63,865 nucleotides of DNA, filler included, from an uncultured Thermoplasmatales archaeon (GCA_964517155.1; 5 parts of 5 records of this genome joined end to end with filler, not necessarily neighbours in it), one strand, 5' to 3'. Shown: positions 28,861-39,507, counted from the whole stretch's first letter. Notes: generated by a model from the letters alone, not told the origin. Made by a program: numbers and translations.

Positions 28861-29319
28861 TTGGCCATACTAAAAGAAAATAAAGAAAAAGTTTTGCACG
28901 AATTAGAAAAAAAGATAGATCAAAAGTATGACTCTTTTATCAATTCCAAAAATAAAGAAAAATATGTTAATAGAAAAGAAAATATTTTTGAAAAAAATAG
29001 CAAAAATACGCAAGACTATGAAATAAAAAACAATGAACAAACAGATAATGTTTTTAAAATAGTTGAAGAAAAAAAAGACCTGCAAGAAAACGATTATAAA
29101 CGATTAAAACAAGAAACAACTTCAAATGCCCAAATAAAAGATATCGAACCAGAACTTATCAAACAAGTATTTAAGTTTGAATCTGAAAAGCAAAAAAAAG
29201 AAACAACAGATTATTTAAGAGAAGAAAAAACACAGTCAGCTGAAAAACTACATTTAAATAATAAATATAAAGATACTGAAAAAGAAAATTATCAAAAAAG
29301 ATGGTATGATAATTCTTGA
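28861..29319 (+). CDS. Hypothetical K/E/N-rich protein
   Basis: 152-codon ORF with a GGAGG SD; low complexity. Confidence 0.5.
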   Translation: MAILKENKEKVLHELEKKIDQKYDSFINSKNKEKYVNRKENIFEKNSKNTQDYEIKNNEQTDNVFKIVEEKKDLQENDYKRLKQETTSNAQIKDIEPELIKQVFKFESEKQKKETTDYLREEKTQSAEKLHLNNKYKDTEKENYQKRWYDNS

Positions 29320-29357
29320 TTAAATCGTGTTGCATATCCAAATTGAGATGATGCAAC

Positions 29358-29596
29358 ATGAAAAACAAGAAGTATTTTATTGGACTAGATGTCCATAAGA
29401 AAAGTACCACCTATGTGATACGAGACCAGATAGGCAATATCGTGACTGATGGCGAAGTAGCAACCTTATATTCTGAGTTATCTGAACGATTGGAACCCTA
29501 TCTTAAATCTTCTATCATTGGACTTGAATCCTGCACCAGCTACTACACACTATATCAAAACTTTCTAAAACAAGGTTACAACATCAAAGTAGCCAA
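29358..29596 (+). mobile_element. IS110 family transposase, N-terminal DEDD domain, cut by contig end
   Basis: YFIGLDVHKKSTTYVI...IGLESC matches the IS110 RuvC-like GxDxxK...E pattern. Confidence 0.85.
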
Positions 29597-29696
29597 NNNN
29601 NNNNNNNNNNNNNNNNNNNNNNNNNNNNNNNNNNNNNNNNTTAATTAATTAANNNNNNNNNNNNNNNNNNNNNNNNNNNNNNNNNNNNNNNNNNNN
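29597..29696. other. Artificial contig linker
   Basis: N44-TTAATTAATTAA-N44. Confidence 0.99.
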
Positions 29697-30775
29697 TTTA
29701 TTACTTTATTACTCCAGAAATCCTTGAAGCTGTCAAGTTTACTAAGATTCTGAAAATCTTTAACGAGTGGTGGGCGTAGTTTTGCTTCAACATAACCTGC
29801 AACCCAACCTGCTGCAACGGCAGGGTTTAGAGAAGTCAAAGGTGCTGCTAGAAATGCAGTACCAATCGTAAGAGGATGTCCTCTAGCAATTGCAGCACCC
29901 AGTGCAGAAAGAGAACCGTTGATTAAAAACCACCAGAGAAGGATGTCTTTTATCTCTGAATAAGAAGATTCTCCTCTAAAAAGTAATAATCCACCTATTA
30001 ATCCGATAAAAAGTATAGGTATCATATATGCAATTATTTTTGATATTTTTATTCTTTTTTTAGGAACAAACTCAAGTGCTTTTAAATCTACATCCTCTGA
30101 AGGATTTTTAATATTTTCTTGTATGCCTTTTAAGTGTCCTGCGCCAACTACGGCTACTACTTTTCCTTTTTTGCTTTCATCAAGGATTTTTTTTGCAATA
30201 TACGTATCTCTTTCATGAATAAGAACAGTTGTAACACTTGGAGCAATTTGACCAAACTCTTCCATCATAGATGATATCACATCTTGATCCATGATTTTTT
30301 TAAGATCAAGTTCTTCTAACTCTTCTTCATCATAACCAAGCATTGCTTTAAGAAACTCCCAAGTTAATCTGAATTTCTCACGCAAGCCCATTTTTTTCCA
30401 TGCTCTTTTAAGTGTAACTGAAATATCTCTGTCTACAAGTGCAATCTTTAGATTATGTTTTTTTGCTTCATCAATTGCAGCAATCATTTCAGATCCAGGT
30501 TCTACGCCATATTCTTTTCCAAGCTTACGTTGTATACTTCCAAGAAAAATCTGTGCAAGCAGAAGATAGGCATTTCCACCCTTTAAAAGCTTAGTTATAG
30601 GAGTATTTTCCCATTCTTGTTTCTTTGTAATCGAGTCATAACGCCTTTGGCAGAGTTCAACTGCAACAATATCAGGTTTATGTTCTTTTATTACTTTTTT
30701 AACTTCGTCAACGCTTTCCTCTGATATATGTGCAGTTCCGATAAGGATTATGTTATCATTTACTTTAACATACAA
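29697..30775 (-). CDS. TraB/PrgY/GumN family protein, 3'-partial
   Basis: IGTAHIS, VAVELC, PGSEM, ERD and VVGAGH motifs with C-terminal TMs. Confidence 0.93.
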
Positions 30776-30843
30776 AGTCTATCTACCTTTTAAACTATGA
30801 AATATTATTAAATGAAATATTTTAAAAGAGTTAAAAAAACTTT

Positions 30844-31494
30844 TTAAATTTCTGCTTCAAAATCCTCAACCGTTGTTTTGAAGTCATCATAATTTTTAAT
30901 TTTACCCTGCTGCTTTAGAGTTTCACGTGTTAACAGCCAGTAAACAAGTGCAAGTGCACGTCTACCTTTATTGTTTGTAGGAATTACTACATCAAGAAAT
31001 TTTGTTTCATTATTAGTATCGCAAAGGCCGATAACTGGAATCCCTATGTTTTCTGCTTCATGAAGCGCTTGTTGATCTGCAAGTGGATCTGTAACGATTA
31101 GTAAAGCTGGCTCAAAAAAACCTTTTGCATTAGGATTTGTAAGAGTACCTGGTCTAAAACGCCCATCAAGGATTTTAATACCTGTTAATTCACCCATTTT
31201 TTTAATAGGTTTTTGACCGTATTGTCTAATTGAAACAGCAAGTATCTCAGCAGGATTATATTTTGAAATAAGCTTTGCAGCAGTTTTAATTTTTTCATCA
31301 GTTTTTTTAACGTCTATAATGTACAGACCATCGTTTCTAACTTTATAGATAAAATCTTTAATATCTGCTGTTTTCTGACGTGTTCCAATATGGGCGCCAG
31401 AAGTCATATATGTTTCTTCAGAAATAGCCATATTTTCTTCTTGAATTTTTGTAGTATTTTCTTCTTTTTCAGCTGTTTTTTCTTTCGTGGTCAT
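30844..31494 (-). CDS. rps2: 30S ribosomal protein uS2
   Basis: GAHIGT, GRFRPGTLTNP and IPTNNKG motifs. Confidence 0.97.
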   Translation of the reverse strand: MTTKEKTAEKEENTTKIQEENMAISEETYMTSGAHIGTRQKTADIKDFIYKVRNDGLYIIDVKKTDEKIKTAAKLISKYNPAEILAVSIRQYGQKPIKKMGELTGIKILDGRFRPGTLTNPNAKGFFEPALLIVTDPLADQQALHEAENIGIPVIGLCDTNNETKFLDVVIPTNNKGRRALALVYWLLTRETLKQQGKIKNYDDFKTTVEDFEAEI

Positions 31495-31523
31495 AAAAGT
31501 AACCTCTTAAAAAAATATTTTTT

Positions 31524-31703
31524 TTATACTCCTTGCATTCTTTTAACAGTTATTGGTATTGCATCTTCTTTAAACTCAATCATCGCAATATCAATAGGTG
31601 ATATCACATCTTTTGGTATCTTTATTAAAGTTGGAGCACCCATTGATATCTGAAGCGCACGTGCTCCTACAATTCGTGCTTTTTCAAATCTTGTATATTT
31701 CAA
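31524..31703 (-). CDS. rpoK: RNA polymerase subunit K (Rpo6)
   Basis: Not in the ORF track. TTG start after GGTGA gives [24 protein letters not shown]...IPITVKR (59 aa). Confidence 0.96.
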   Translation of the reverse strand: MKYTRFEKARIVGARALQISMGAPTLIKIPKDVISPIDIAMIEFKEDAIPITVKRMQGV

Positions 31704-31812
31704 TTTTATTCACCGTATCTTATAAACCGTAAGACCACCAAATACTGGATGTATTTAAAAAACTTACCCCTAAAAAAGAACTTTTTGAATATAAAAATTA
31801 TAAAAAAGCTTC

Positions 31813-32022
31813 TTATTTCATTATTTCATGAGTATCTATATATTCTGTGGTTCTATTTGAAAACTCGTCTAACGCAAGCTGCATATCTATAGTAATATCT
31901 CTTAATAATTTGTCTAAATATTCATTTTTGAATTCTTTTATACCATCCATATCTGAAAAAAGTTTGCCTGTAAACCCAGCATCATCTCTATGAATCTCTA
32001 TATTATATAATGTTTCCTCCAT
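31813..32022 (-). CDS. Small acidic hypothetical protein
   Basis: MEETLYNIEIHRDDAGFTGKLF..., with a GAGGGGT SD. Confidence 0.6.
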   Translation of the reverse strand: MEETLYNIEIHRDDAGFTGKLFSDMDGIKEFKNEYLDKLLRDITIDMQLALDEFSNRTTEYIDTHEIMK

Positions 32023-32129
32023 AATTTTTTTACCCCTCTTATATATTTTAAATAAAACCCTAGGAATATAAAAACCTTTTGAAATATTCAAAATAAAAAA
32101 ATATATAATTAAAGAAGATAGTTTTAGAT

Positions 32130-32594
32130 TTATAGCATTTTTTCAAGGAGTTTATTTATTTCTTGACCACGGTAGCCAAGTGCTCCTTTTTTTGTAAATG
32201 CTTTTTTTATCCCTTCATAGCCTTTTTTTGGAGGACTTAATCTAAAAATAGGTTTAACACTAGGTATTTCTTTATATTTGAATTTTTTTGAAATAATTGC
32301 GTCTGCAAGTTTTTCCATATCTTTATATGAAGTTACAGATTTTAAATGATCTTCAGTGATTGGTTTATCTCCTTCAAGTCGTCCTCTTTGAGTTATTAAT
32401 TTAGTAAGAGTCTCTTTTTGTATTTCGCCCCAAGTTATGTAGTCTTTTGCTGTATATAACATCCCTTTGTTACTTGGTGTTTCATCTATTAATACACAGT
32501 GATTTGCACGTGTAAGATTTAACATCTGCAATGTCTTTTTTATATCTGGTTTAATATTTACAGTTCCTCTTACTCTTATGGCTGCATAAGTCAT
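32130..32594 (-). CDS. rpl30: 50S ribosomal protein uL30
   Basis: AAIRVRG, KDYITWGE and FRLSPPKKG motifs. Confidence 0.96.
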   Translation of the reverse strand: MTYAAIRVRGTVNIKPDIKKTLQMLNLTRANHCVLIDETPSNKGMLYTAKDYITWGEIQKETLTKLITQRGRLEGDKPITEDHLKSVTSYKDMEKLADAIISKKFKYKEIPSVKPIFRLSPPKKGYEGIKKAFTKKGALGYRGQEINKLLEKML

Positions 32595-32597
32595 TTT

Positions 32598-33368
32598 TTA
32601 ACTTGCCTCCTTTGTATCTTTTTCATTTTTATTGTCTGGTTCTTCAGTAATAATTGCTTGTTTTTGTATCTGAGTGGGTTCTATACTGCCAGAGATTATT
32701 CCAATTTTTTTAACTTGAGAATCCATTACACGCATCTCTGCATTTTCTTCAAGAGCATTAAAAACTGCTTTTGCATAATTAACTGTTGTTTTTGTTTTAC
32801 CACGTGTAAATGCCCAGCAGTCTTTAACACCGGCAAGTGTAAGTATCTTTTTTGAAACGTTTCCTGTTGCAAGGCCTATACCGCGAGGTGCTGGTTTAAG
32901 GGTTATTTCAACACTTCCACTTTTTCCAGTTATAGCATACGGTACAGTATGTGGTTTGCCACATCCGCATTCCCATGATCCGCATCCACGCCTTATTTCT
33001 ATCATGTTTAGCTTTGCGTTTTCTATTGCTTTGCGGATACTGCTACCTACTTCTTTGCCTTTAGCCTGACCAAAACCTATGAAGCCGTCGTTGTTACCAA
33101 CAGCAACCGTTATTACGAATTTAACACGTCGCCCTGAATCAGTCATACGTTGTACCATATTAACGTCTATTACTTCATCTTCTACTTTTTGCAGTAAAAT
33201 ATCTACTATTTCTGGTTCACGTAGCGGCAGACCACTTTTAAGTGCAGCAGTCATAGTAGTAATTTCTCCTTTTTTTACCAGCTTGCCAAGTTTAGTTTTT
33301 GGCTCCCAGTTACTTGTTTGAAACTCAGTTTTTACAGGTCGTCTTCTTTGTTGTGTTCTTGGTGGCAT
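32598..33368 (-). CDS. rps5: 30S ribosomal protein uS5
   Basis: [17 protein letters not shown] and RGCGSWEC motifs. Confidence 0.98.
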   Translation of the reverse strand: MPPRTQQRRRPVKTEFQTSNWEPKTKLGKLVKKGEITTMTAALKSGLPLREPEIVDILLQKVEDEVIDVNMVQRMTDSGRRVKFVITVAVGNNDGFIGFGQAKGKEVGSSIRKAIENAKLNMIEIRRGCGSWECGCGKPHTVPYAITGKSGSVEITLKPAPRGIGLATGNVSKKILTLAGVKDCWAFTRGKTKTTVNYAKAVFNALEENAEMRVMDSQVKKIGIISGSIEPTQIQKQAIITEEPDNKNEKDTKEAS

Positions 33369-33874
33369 TATTTACCCCCTATAATCTTTGTTTTAATACT
33401 ATTTACATCATCTGATATATTTTTATCAAGATGCTGGCCAGTTATTCTTTCTTCAGATGGAAGTTTTTTTTCATCCAATGGACAAGTTACACCTGAATCT
33501 ATTACTCCTTTTAACCCTGCAAAAACTTTTGATCCAGTTACAGGTATGTATCTTCCAATATCAAGTACACATTCTGTAACGCCTTGCTCTTTTGCACGTT
33601 TACCTGCCAATAAACCAGTTAAATATGCTGCAGGAGTAGTTGAAGTAGAATATTTCCAGTTGTATTTTTTAACAAGTTCTTTAGATGTTGCTGTTGCACG
33701 TATTATGTCGCCTTTTTCATTGTAATCTATAAACTGTATAACTGTATTATTTATTGATTTGCGAATAACAAGCCTGGTATTTCTTGATTTTAGAAGTGCT
33801 AGTCTTTTTCTGTAATCTGTTTTTCCTTCTCGCCTGCGACGAGGCTTTACATGATAACGTGGTCCTGTTTTCAT
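33368..33874 (-). CDS. rpl18: 50S ribosomal protein uL18
   Basis: [10 protein letters not shown] and PAAYLTG motifs. Confidence 0.97.
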   Translation of the reverse strand: MKTGPRYHVKPRRRREGKTDYRKRLALLKSRNTRLVIRKSINNTVIQFIDYNEKGDIIRATATSKELVKKYNWKYSTSTTPAAYLTGLLAGKRAKEQGVTECVLDIGRYIPVTGSKVFAGLKGVIDSGVTCPLDEKKLPSEERITGQHLDKNISDDVNSIKTKIIGGK

Positions 33875-34335
33875 TTTTTAAGTTCCTCCTTAATTACTCC
33901 ATCTGAAAGCATATGTGTTTCAAGGTGGTGTTTATTTCTGAATTCTCCACCCTTTGCTTTCATATAGTATCTACGATAAACCGAGGATGTTATCTTTTTT
34001 TCAGCACGAAGTGTTTTTAGATGAAATCGTATAGGTCTTATTGTTTTAATCCATTTTTCTTTCTTTGGTTTTCTTGCCTTTTGTGCACCTTTACGACTGC
34101 CATGACCTCGACGTCGCCCTTTTTCTTTTTGTTTAGTAGCATATTTTTTTCTGCCACTAGAAATACCTATTACAGCACGTGCTTTTATGGCTTTACCATT
34201 GACTAGAATTCTAACATCATCTTTTGTAACTGCTTTTGCTATTTCATCAAGCCTATCATTATCCATCCAAACACGGTTTACACCGCATTTAAGAATTTCT
34301 GCAGCCATTCTTCGTTGATTCCTTAAATCAGTCAT
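33871..34335 (-). CDS. rpl19e: 50S ribosomal protein eL19
   Basis: QRRMAAEILKCGVNRVW and GHGSRKG motifs. Confidence 0.97.
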   Translation of the reverse strand: MTDLRNQRRMAAEILKCGVNRVWMDNDRLDEIAKAVTKDDVRILVNGKAIKARAVIGISSGRKKYATKQKEKGRRRGHGSRKGAQKARKPKKEKWIKTIRPIRFHLKTLRAEKKITSSVYRRYYMKAKGGEFRNKHHLETHMLSDGVIKEELKK

Positions 34336-34346
34336 ATTTTTTAACC

Positions 34347-34994
34347 TCACAAATTCAAGTTGAGAAGTCTAATATCAAGCTCTTTGGCTTTTTTCTCAAT
34401 ATCTATTCGTTTCTTTGTACCTACAGTGCCACCTATACGAGCAGCCTGAGTTTTAGGATTTATGCCTTCTAAATCTTTTACGTTAAAGACTGTTACTTCT
34501 TGAAAACCAGAAGAGTGCAAACCACGTGTTTCTTTGGGTCCACGAAAACCTACTCGAACCTTGCTAGGACGATATGCTAGGTTTCTACGCATCTTTGATG
34601 TTATTCCATCTGGACGACGCCAATTTTGAGGTATTCTTTTATAGCGGAACCATTCCTCACGCAAGAAGTTAGGCGTACGCTTCTTTATTTCTTTTCTTTT
34701 TTCAAGTTTTTGTTTTAATTCTTCACTTAAAACTGGTTTCTTTTTTGGTTTTACAGTCTTTTTTTCTCTTGGTTCTTCTTCTGTAGGCGTTTCTTCTTTT
34801 TTTGTTTTCTTAATTTCTTTTTTAATAGGAGTTTCTTTAACTTCTTTTTTGATGGAAGTTTTCTTTTTTTGCTCTGTAGTTTTAGTTTCTTGTTTTTTTG
34901 GTGTAGTCTTTTTCACTGGTATTTTTTCTGTAGGTTTTTTAACTGTTTGTGTTTTTTTCTTTGTTTCTTCTGTTTTTTTTGCTTTTTCTACCAT
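34347..34994 (-). CDS. rpl32e: 50S ribosomal protein eL32 with ~85-aa K/E/T-rich N-terminal extension
   Basis: PNFLREEWFRYKR...WRRPDG...RGLHSSG core. Confidence 0.96.
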   Translation of the reverse strand: MVEKAKKTEETKKKTQTVKKPTEKIPVKKTTPKKQETKTTEQKKKTSIKKEVKETPIKKEIKKTKKEETPTEEEPREKKTVKPKKKPVLSEELKQKLEKRKEIKKRTPNFLREEWFRYKRIPQNWRRPDGITSKMRRNLAYRPSKVRVGFRGPKETRGLHSSGFQEVTVFNVKDLEGINPKTQAARIGGTVGTKKRIDIEKKAKELDIRLLNLNL

Positions 34995-35536
34995 TATTGC
35001 CTACCTCCTTTACTTATACGGTATACACCATCTTGGAAAACACGTATATCTCTGTTTTTTACTTTTGTGGCTCTTTCAATGTTTGCAACTGTTTGACCAA
35101 CTTTTTCTTTGTCAATTCCAGTAACTGTAATATTTTCGCCTTTTGCATCTACATTTACTCCATCTAGTATTTTTGCATGTCTGGGAGATCGCTCTCCGAG
35201 AAAATTCTGAATAATAAATTCGTTTCCCTCCACCATTGTTTTTATAGGAAAATGAGAAAATACTGTTTTCATTTTATATTCAAAGCCTTGTGTTACACCA
35301 CGTTTCATGTTGTTTATATGTGCAATAAATGTTCCCATTAATGCTTTATCTTTTCTTCTTATATTTTTGCTGTGTAATTCAATTATGTTTCCAGTTAGTT
35401 TTATATCTATTTTTGGATGTGAAAAGACTCTTGAAATTTCTCCTTTTTCACCTTTTATTGTTAATTTATCATTTTCAAAGGTTGAAGTAACGCCTTCAGG
35501 AAGCGTTATTTTTTCATTTATTTCTGGTATATTCAT
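34994..35536 (-). CDS. rpl6: 50S ribosomal protein uL6
   Basis: SHFPI, NFLGE and DIRVFQDGVY motifs. Confidence 0.97.
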   Translation of the reverse strand: MNIPEINEKITLPEGVTSTFENDKLTIKGEKGEISRVFSHPKIDIKLTGNIIELHSKNIRRKDKALMGTFIAHINNMKRGVTQGFEYKMKTVFSHFPIKTMVEGNEFIIQNFLGERSPRHAKILDGVNVDAKGENITVTGIDKEKVGQTVANIERATKVKNRDIRVFQDGVYRISKGGRQ

Positions 35537-35551
35537 GTTTTATCACCTTTT

Positions 35552-35941
35552 TTAGTAGACGTATGCTAGTAGTTTGCCCCCTATTCCATTTTTCTTTGCC
35601 TCATCCTGTGAAAGTATTCCTTTTGTTGTTGTAAGAATTAAAAGCCCGAAATGCTGCGCTGGTAAATATCTTGACTCCCATTTATCTGTATCATTTCCTT
35701 TTATTGGATATCTTGGTTTTACGACACCACAATTGTTTATATTACCTATGAGTTTTACTTTGAATACTCCTGCTTTTCCATTATCAATGTGTTCAAATTC
35801 TCCAATGTACCCTTTCTCTTTTAACAGGTTTAATACTCCACCTATTAATTTTGATGAAGGCTGAATATCGCAAGTTCCTTTTCCTTTTAACTCTGCATTT
35901 TTAATTATTGATAATGCATTTGCCAGTGGATCATTTAACAT
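35552..35941 (-). CDS. rps8: 30S ribosomal protein uS8
   Basis: MLNDPLANALS...GGKLLAYVY; start corrected using the GGAGG SD. Confidence 0.97.
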   Translation of the reverse strand: MLNDPLANALSIIKNAELKGKGTCDIQPSSKLIGGVLNLLKEKGYIGEFEHIDNGKAGVFKVKLIGNINNCGVVKPRYPIKGNDTDKWESRYLPAQHFGLLILTTTKGILSQDEAKKNGIGGKLLAYVY

Positions 35942-35957
35942 TTTTTCCGCCTCCATT

Positions 35958-36113
35958 TTATTGATATTTTCTAAATCCCATTTCTTCGGCTTTTTCTCTA
36001 AAGCATTGTCTGCACATGTGTAAGCCATAGGCTCGGATTAGCCCTCGTTTTCTTCCGCATCGCTCGCATCCTTTGATTCTTCCGTATATCTTCTTTTTTT
36101 CTTTTATCTTCAT
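35958..36113 (-). CDS. rps14: 30S ribosomal protein uS14 (Zn-binding)
   Basis: Not in the ORF track. Manual translation [51 protein letters not shown]. Confidence 0.97.
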   Translation of the reverse strand: MKIKEKKKIYGRIKGCERCGRKRGLIRAYGLHMCRQCFREKAEEMGFRKYQ

Positions 36114-36736
36114 CCTATGACCTCCACGTTAAATTGTTCTTGGAAAAACTTAATTGTTTCTTCTTTTTTTACTTGATGTCTCTGTGGTATATGCCTTGAT
36201 GCTATTCTTCTTTTTTTGACTCTGTATCCATGTCTTTTCATAGTAATTGAAACGTCCATGCCAAATATTCCAATTTTTGGGTCATATTTTTGATTTTTAA
36301 ACAAGGTATGATCAGGTATTCCAAATGATAAATTACCTTGGTCATCAAATGAATAATCAGACATTTTATTTTCACGAGTAAAAAGCGCCTCAGTTAAAAA
36401 ATTATTAGCTGTTTTTCCACGAAGTGTAACCTTACAGCCAATAGGCATTCTTTTACGTAAACCCCAATCTTTGTTTGTTGTCTTTGAAAGAGTTTGAACG
36501 GGTTTGTGTCCTGTTAAATTTTGTAAAACTGATTCTGCTTTTTTGAGCCTTTCACCTGCTTCACCAACGCCTATATTAATTGTAATTTTTTCTATTTTTG
36601 GTGAAAATATTTTTTGTTTTTCTTGTTTATCGACTTTTTTAGCTTTTACAGGTGTTTTTTTAACTGTGTTTTTTGTCTTTGTTGGTTTTGTAGGTTTTTT
36701 CGTCTTAGTTTTTGCAGTCTTTTTTTCAGGACTCAT
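36110..36736 (-). CDS. rpl5: 50S ribosomal protein uL5 with K/T-rich N-terminal extension
   Basis: [23 protein letters not shown] and [11 protein letters not shown] motifs. Confidence 0.97.
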   Translation of the reverse strand: MSPEKKTAKTKTKKPTKPTKTKNTVKKTPVKAKKVDKQEKQKIFSPKIEKITINIGVGEAGERLKKAESVLQNLTGHKPVQTLSKTTNKDWGLRKRMPIGCKVTLRGKTANNFLTEALFTRENKMSDYSFDDQGNLSFGIPDHTLFKNQKYDPKIGIFGMDVSITMKRHGYRVKKRRIASRHIPQRHQVKKEETIKFFQEQFNVEVIG

Positions 36737-37449
36737 TATGCTTTCACCTCAGGTAACTCGATTATTGGTTTGTTTTTTCCAATTGGAAAAACATATTCTT
36801 TAAGTGTGGTAAATTCAGTAGAGCCTTTCATTGTTGCAAGATTGGATTTTGGTGAATCGATTATTTCAATATCGCCTATATTTGCAATTTCTCCAATGTG
36901 ACTTCCGCCGATAATCATTGAAACAGCGCCTTTTTCAAACTTGTAAATATCATCTATTTTTTGTTTTTCAAAACTGATTTTTAGTACATCCCCAGTTTTA
37001 TATTCATCTTTTTTTACTATTTTATTTCGTCCATCATGTAAGTTTAATTGAACTTGTTTTTCTTTAACTATTGTCTTGTTTTCAATTCTGCATAGTTTAT
37101 ATTTTGCTTCTTCTGCTTTTATTGGGACAAGTGTAAGTTTACCACGTCTATCAAATAGAAGTCTGTAATCTTTTTTTATGGTAGGTATAGTTATTACATC
37201 CATGAGCCCACAGGGATGTTTATAGCTTTTTACGATTTTACCGTCTACATAAATTTCCCCATTAGATATGACGCGTTTTGCCTCTTTTAAAGTATCTGTT
37301 AACTTCAGGTAATCTCTAATTATTAGACCTAGAGGTATTGATTGTTTAAGAGAATGTGGCCCAGGTGATGTTCTAATAGTCCATACTCTTTCTTTTCTAT
37401 GAAGTCTAACTGTTCTTGGAGCGTTTAATCTCTTCATGTGTTTGCTCAT
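36736..37449 (-). CDS. rps4e: 30S ribosomal protein eS4
   Basis: KHMKRLNAP, PGPH and QLNLHDGRN motifs. Confidence 0.97.
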   Translation of the reverse strand: MSKHMKRLNAPRTVRLHRKERVWTIRTSPGPHSLKQSIPLGLIIRDYLKLTDTLKEAKRVISNGEIYVDGKIVKSYKHPCGLMDVITIPTIKKDYRLLFDRRGKLTLVPIKAEEAKYKLCRIENKTIVKEKQVQLNLHDGRNKIVKKDEYKTGDVLKISFEKQKIDDIYKFEKGAVSMIIGGSHIGEIANIGDIEIIDSPKSNLATMKGSTEFTTLKEYVFPIGKNKPIIELPEVKA

Positions 37450-38088
37450 TTATTTTTCCTCCTTTTTTGGCGTTTTTGGAGAAGTTTTTTCCTTTTCTTG
37501 TGTCTTTTTTTGCTCTGTTGTTTTAGTTTCTTGTTTTTTTGGCGTCGTCTTTTTTACTGGTGTTTTTTCTTTTTCAGATGGTTCTTCTTTTACAAGTTTT
37601 TCTTCAGATATCTCTTCTTCGGCTGTTGGTTCTTCTTCTTTTTCAGCTAGCTCTTCAATTCTTCTCTGCTCTTCTTCTGCTTCACGCAACTGTTTTTGAG
37701 CCTCTTTTTCAATTTCTTTTCTTGTTTCTTCAGAAAGCCCTGTTTCAAGTCTTCTTCTTCGCCATCTATCAGTAAGGTTAAGTTTTGTAATAAGGACATT
37801 ACTTGGATGTATAGGTTTTGCAATTTTGTTTCCATCTGCTTTACTCATAGTAATCCCTTCGATTTCAACAATGCCTTTTTTAATGTTTACTTTAGCCACT
37901 TTATCTTCATGTCCTCTGAAGTTACCGCGCATTACACGTATAGTATCTCCTTTTACGACAGGAACTGATCTTTTATCGTATTTTAATAGCAGATTTTCAT
38001 CAAGATGCGCAGAAATGCCTTTCCTTTTTACATGTAGGGGGGCATTATGCATTCTTTTCCTTTGTTTACCAGGATTTATTGTTTTCAT
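37450..38088 (-). CDS. rpl24: 50S ribosomal protein uL24 with ~95-aa E/K-rich C-terminal extension
   Basis: PGKQRK, KGDTIRVMRG (KOW) and PIHPSNV motifs. Confidence 0.97.
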   Translation of the reverse strand: MKTINPGKQRKRMHNAPLHVKRKGISAHLDENLLLKYDKRSVPVVKGDTIRVMRGNFRGHEDKVAKVNIKKGIVEIEGITMSKADGNKIAKPIHPSNVLITKLNLTDRWRRRRLETGLSEETRKEIEKEAQKQLREAEEEQRRIEELAEKEEEPTAEEEISEEKLVKEEPSEKEKTPVKKTTPKKQETKTTEQKKTQEKEKTSPKTPKKEEK

Positions 38089-38107
38089 TTTATACTTCCC
38101 TCATTTA

Positions 38108-38506
38108 TTACACAATACTAGAAGCATTTGAAGCAATCTTTGGGTATCTCTCAGCAGCTTCCAGGGCAACAGGTCCTTTAATCATCGATCCTTTAGTTTC
38201 ACCAGTCTCGGTAACAATTACTGCAGCGTTGTCTTCAAATTGTACCATTGTTCCATCAGAACGTCTAAATGGTCTTTTCTGACGTACAATTACTGCTTTT
38301 AAAAGCTGTCTTCGCATATCAGCAGCACCTTTTTTAACACTAATAATTACCATGTCGCCTACACCTGCAACAGGATACCTTCTATGTGTACCCTTAAGTT
38401 TAGGCGTCATAACTATTTGAACTACTTTTGCACCAGTATTATCAATACATTCTAAACGTGCTCCAACGGGAAGCCCACGTTTTGTTCTACCTGCGATACC
38501 CTTCAT
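38108..38506 (-). CDS. rpl14: 50S ribosomal protein uL14
   Basis: DNTGAK and FEDNAAVI motifs. Confidence 0.98.
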   Translation of the reverse strand: MKGIAGRTKRGLPVGARLECIDNTGAKVVQIVMTPKLKGTHRRYPVAGVGDMVIISVKKGAADMRRQLLKAVIVRQKRPFRRSDGTMVQFEDNAAVIVTETGETKGSMIKGPVALEAAERYPKIASNASSIV

Positions 38507-38519
38507 AAATTTATCACCT

Positions 38520-38867
38520 TCATATTTTTTCTATTGCTACAAATGAAACTGTTTTACTGAGTGGTCTGCACTCAGCAATACGAACTTTATCCCCGACATT
38601 TATATTAAGACAAGGCGGGCAATGAGCCGTATATTTACTTGTTCTTTTCTCGTAACGCTCATATTTTGGAACATAACTACTGTATTCTCTTTTTACAACT
38701 ATTGAATTCTGCATTTTTGTGGATGATACAACACCTGTTATTATCTGACCACGAACTGATAAAGTCCCATGAAATGGGCAGAATTTATCATCACAACTCT
38801 GGCTGGGTGCTTTGACGTTAAGTCCAATATTTCTTGCATCTGTTTTATCAGGCATTTTGTTTTTCAC
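38520..38867 (-). CDS. rps17: 30S ribosomal protein uS17
   Basis: [11 protein letters not shown] and ECRPLSKT motifs. Confidence 0.97.
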   Translation of the reverse strand: MKNKMPDKTDARNIGLNVKAPSQSCDDKFCPFHGTLSVRGQIITGVVSSTKMQNSIVVKREYSSYVPKYERYEKRTSKYTAHCPPCLNINVGDKVRIAECRPLSKTVSFVAIEKI

Positions 38868-39127
38868 CTTATTTTTTTAATTCTATCTTCAGGGCGAAAA
38901 GCTATTTTTTCGCCGGTTATCCTTATTTTTTCATCATTTATGGTAAATTCAAATACTGCTGTTTTCTTGGCAAGTATCTTAGTTTTATTTTTTGTTTTTA
39001 TGTGGAAGGTGTTTTTTGTCTCATCGATTATGAGTCCAGTTTGTCCTTCCCAAGCAGGATCTGTGCATTCTAGGATTTTTACCTTCAAGCCTATGAACTC
39101 ATCTCTTGCAAGGGTTTTTTCATTCAT
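38864..39127 (-). CDS. rnp1: Ribonuclease P protein component 1 (Rpp29)
   Basis: [17 protein letters not shown] and RPEDRIK motifs. Confidence 0.93.
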   Translation of the reverse strand: MNEKTLARDEFIGLKVKILECTDPAWEGQTGLIIDETKNTFHIKTKNKTKILAKKTAVFEFTINDEKIRITGEKIAFRPEDRIKKIR

Positions 39128-39207
39128 ATATTGCCCTCTTTTCTTGAGATTGTTTTGCATAGGATTCTCAACTCAAAGGCTGAACCTTTGAACCATATCA
39201 AATATGG

Positions 39208-39507
39208 TTACGCAATTTCAACGGTAAATCCCATTTTCTCAAGAGTTTCTTTTACTTTGTTTCTGTGGTCGCCCTGCAGCTCTATTTTTCCATCTTTTAT
39301 TGTGCCACCGCAGGCACATTTGGATTTAAGCTGTGTTATCAAAGCGTGTATATCGAGGTCGTGTTCGTCTATACCATATATAATCGTCATCATCTTTCCG
39401 TATCTGCGCTTATCCATCTGGATAGTTATCTTTTGTTGCTCACGAGCTATATCTTCACAAACACAGATCTCTTTTGGTAGACCACATACTTCACATATAT
39501 TGCTCAT
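39208..39507 (-). CDS. Translation initiation factor SUI1 (aIF1)
   Basis: CEVCGLP, LKSKCACGGT and IELQGDH motifs. Confidence 0.95.
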   Translation of the reverse strand: MSNICEVCGLPKEICVCEDIAREQQKITIQMDKRRYGKMMTIIYGIDEHDLDIHALITQLKSKCACGGTIKDGKIELQGDHRNKVKETLEKMGFTVEIA

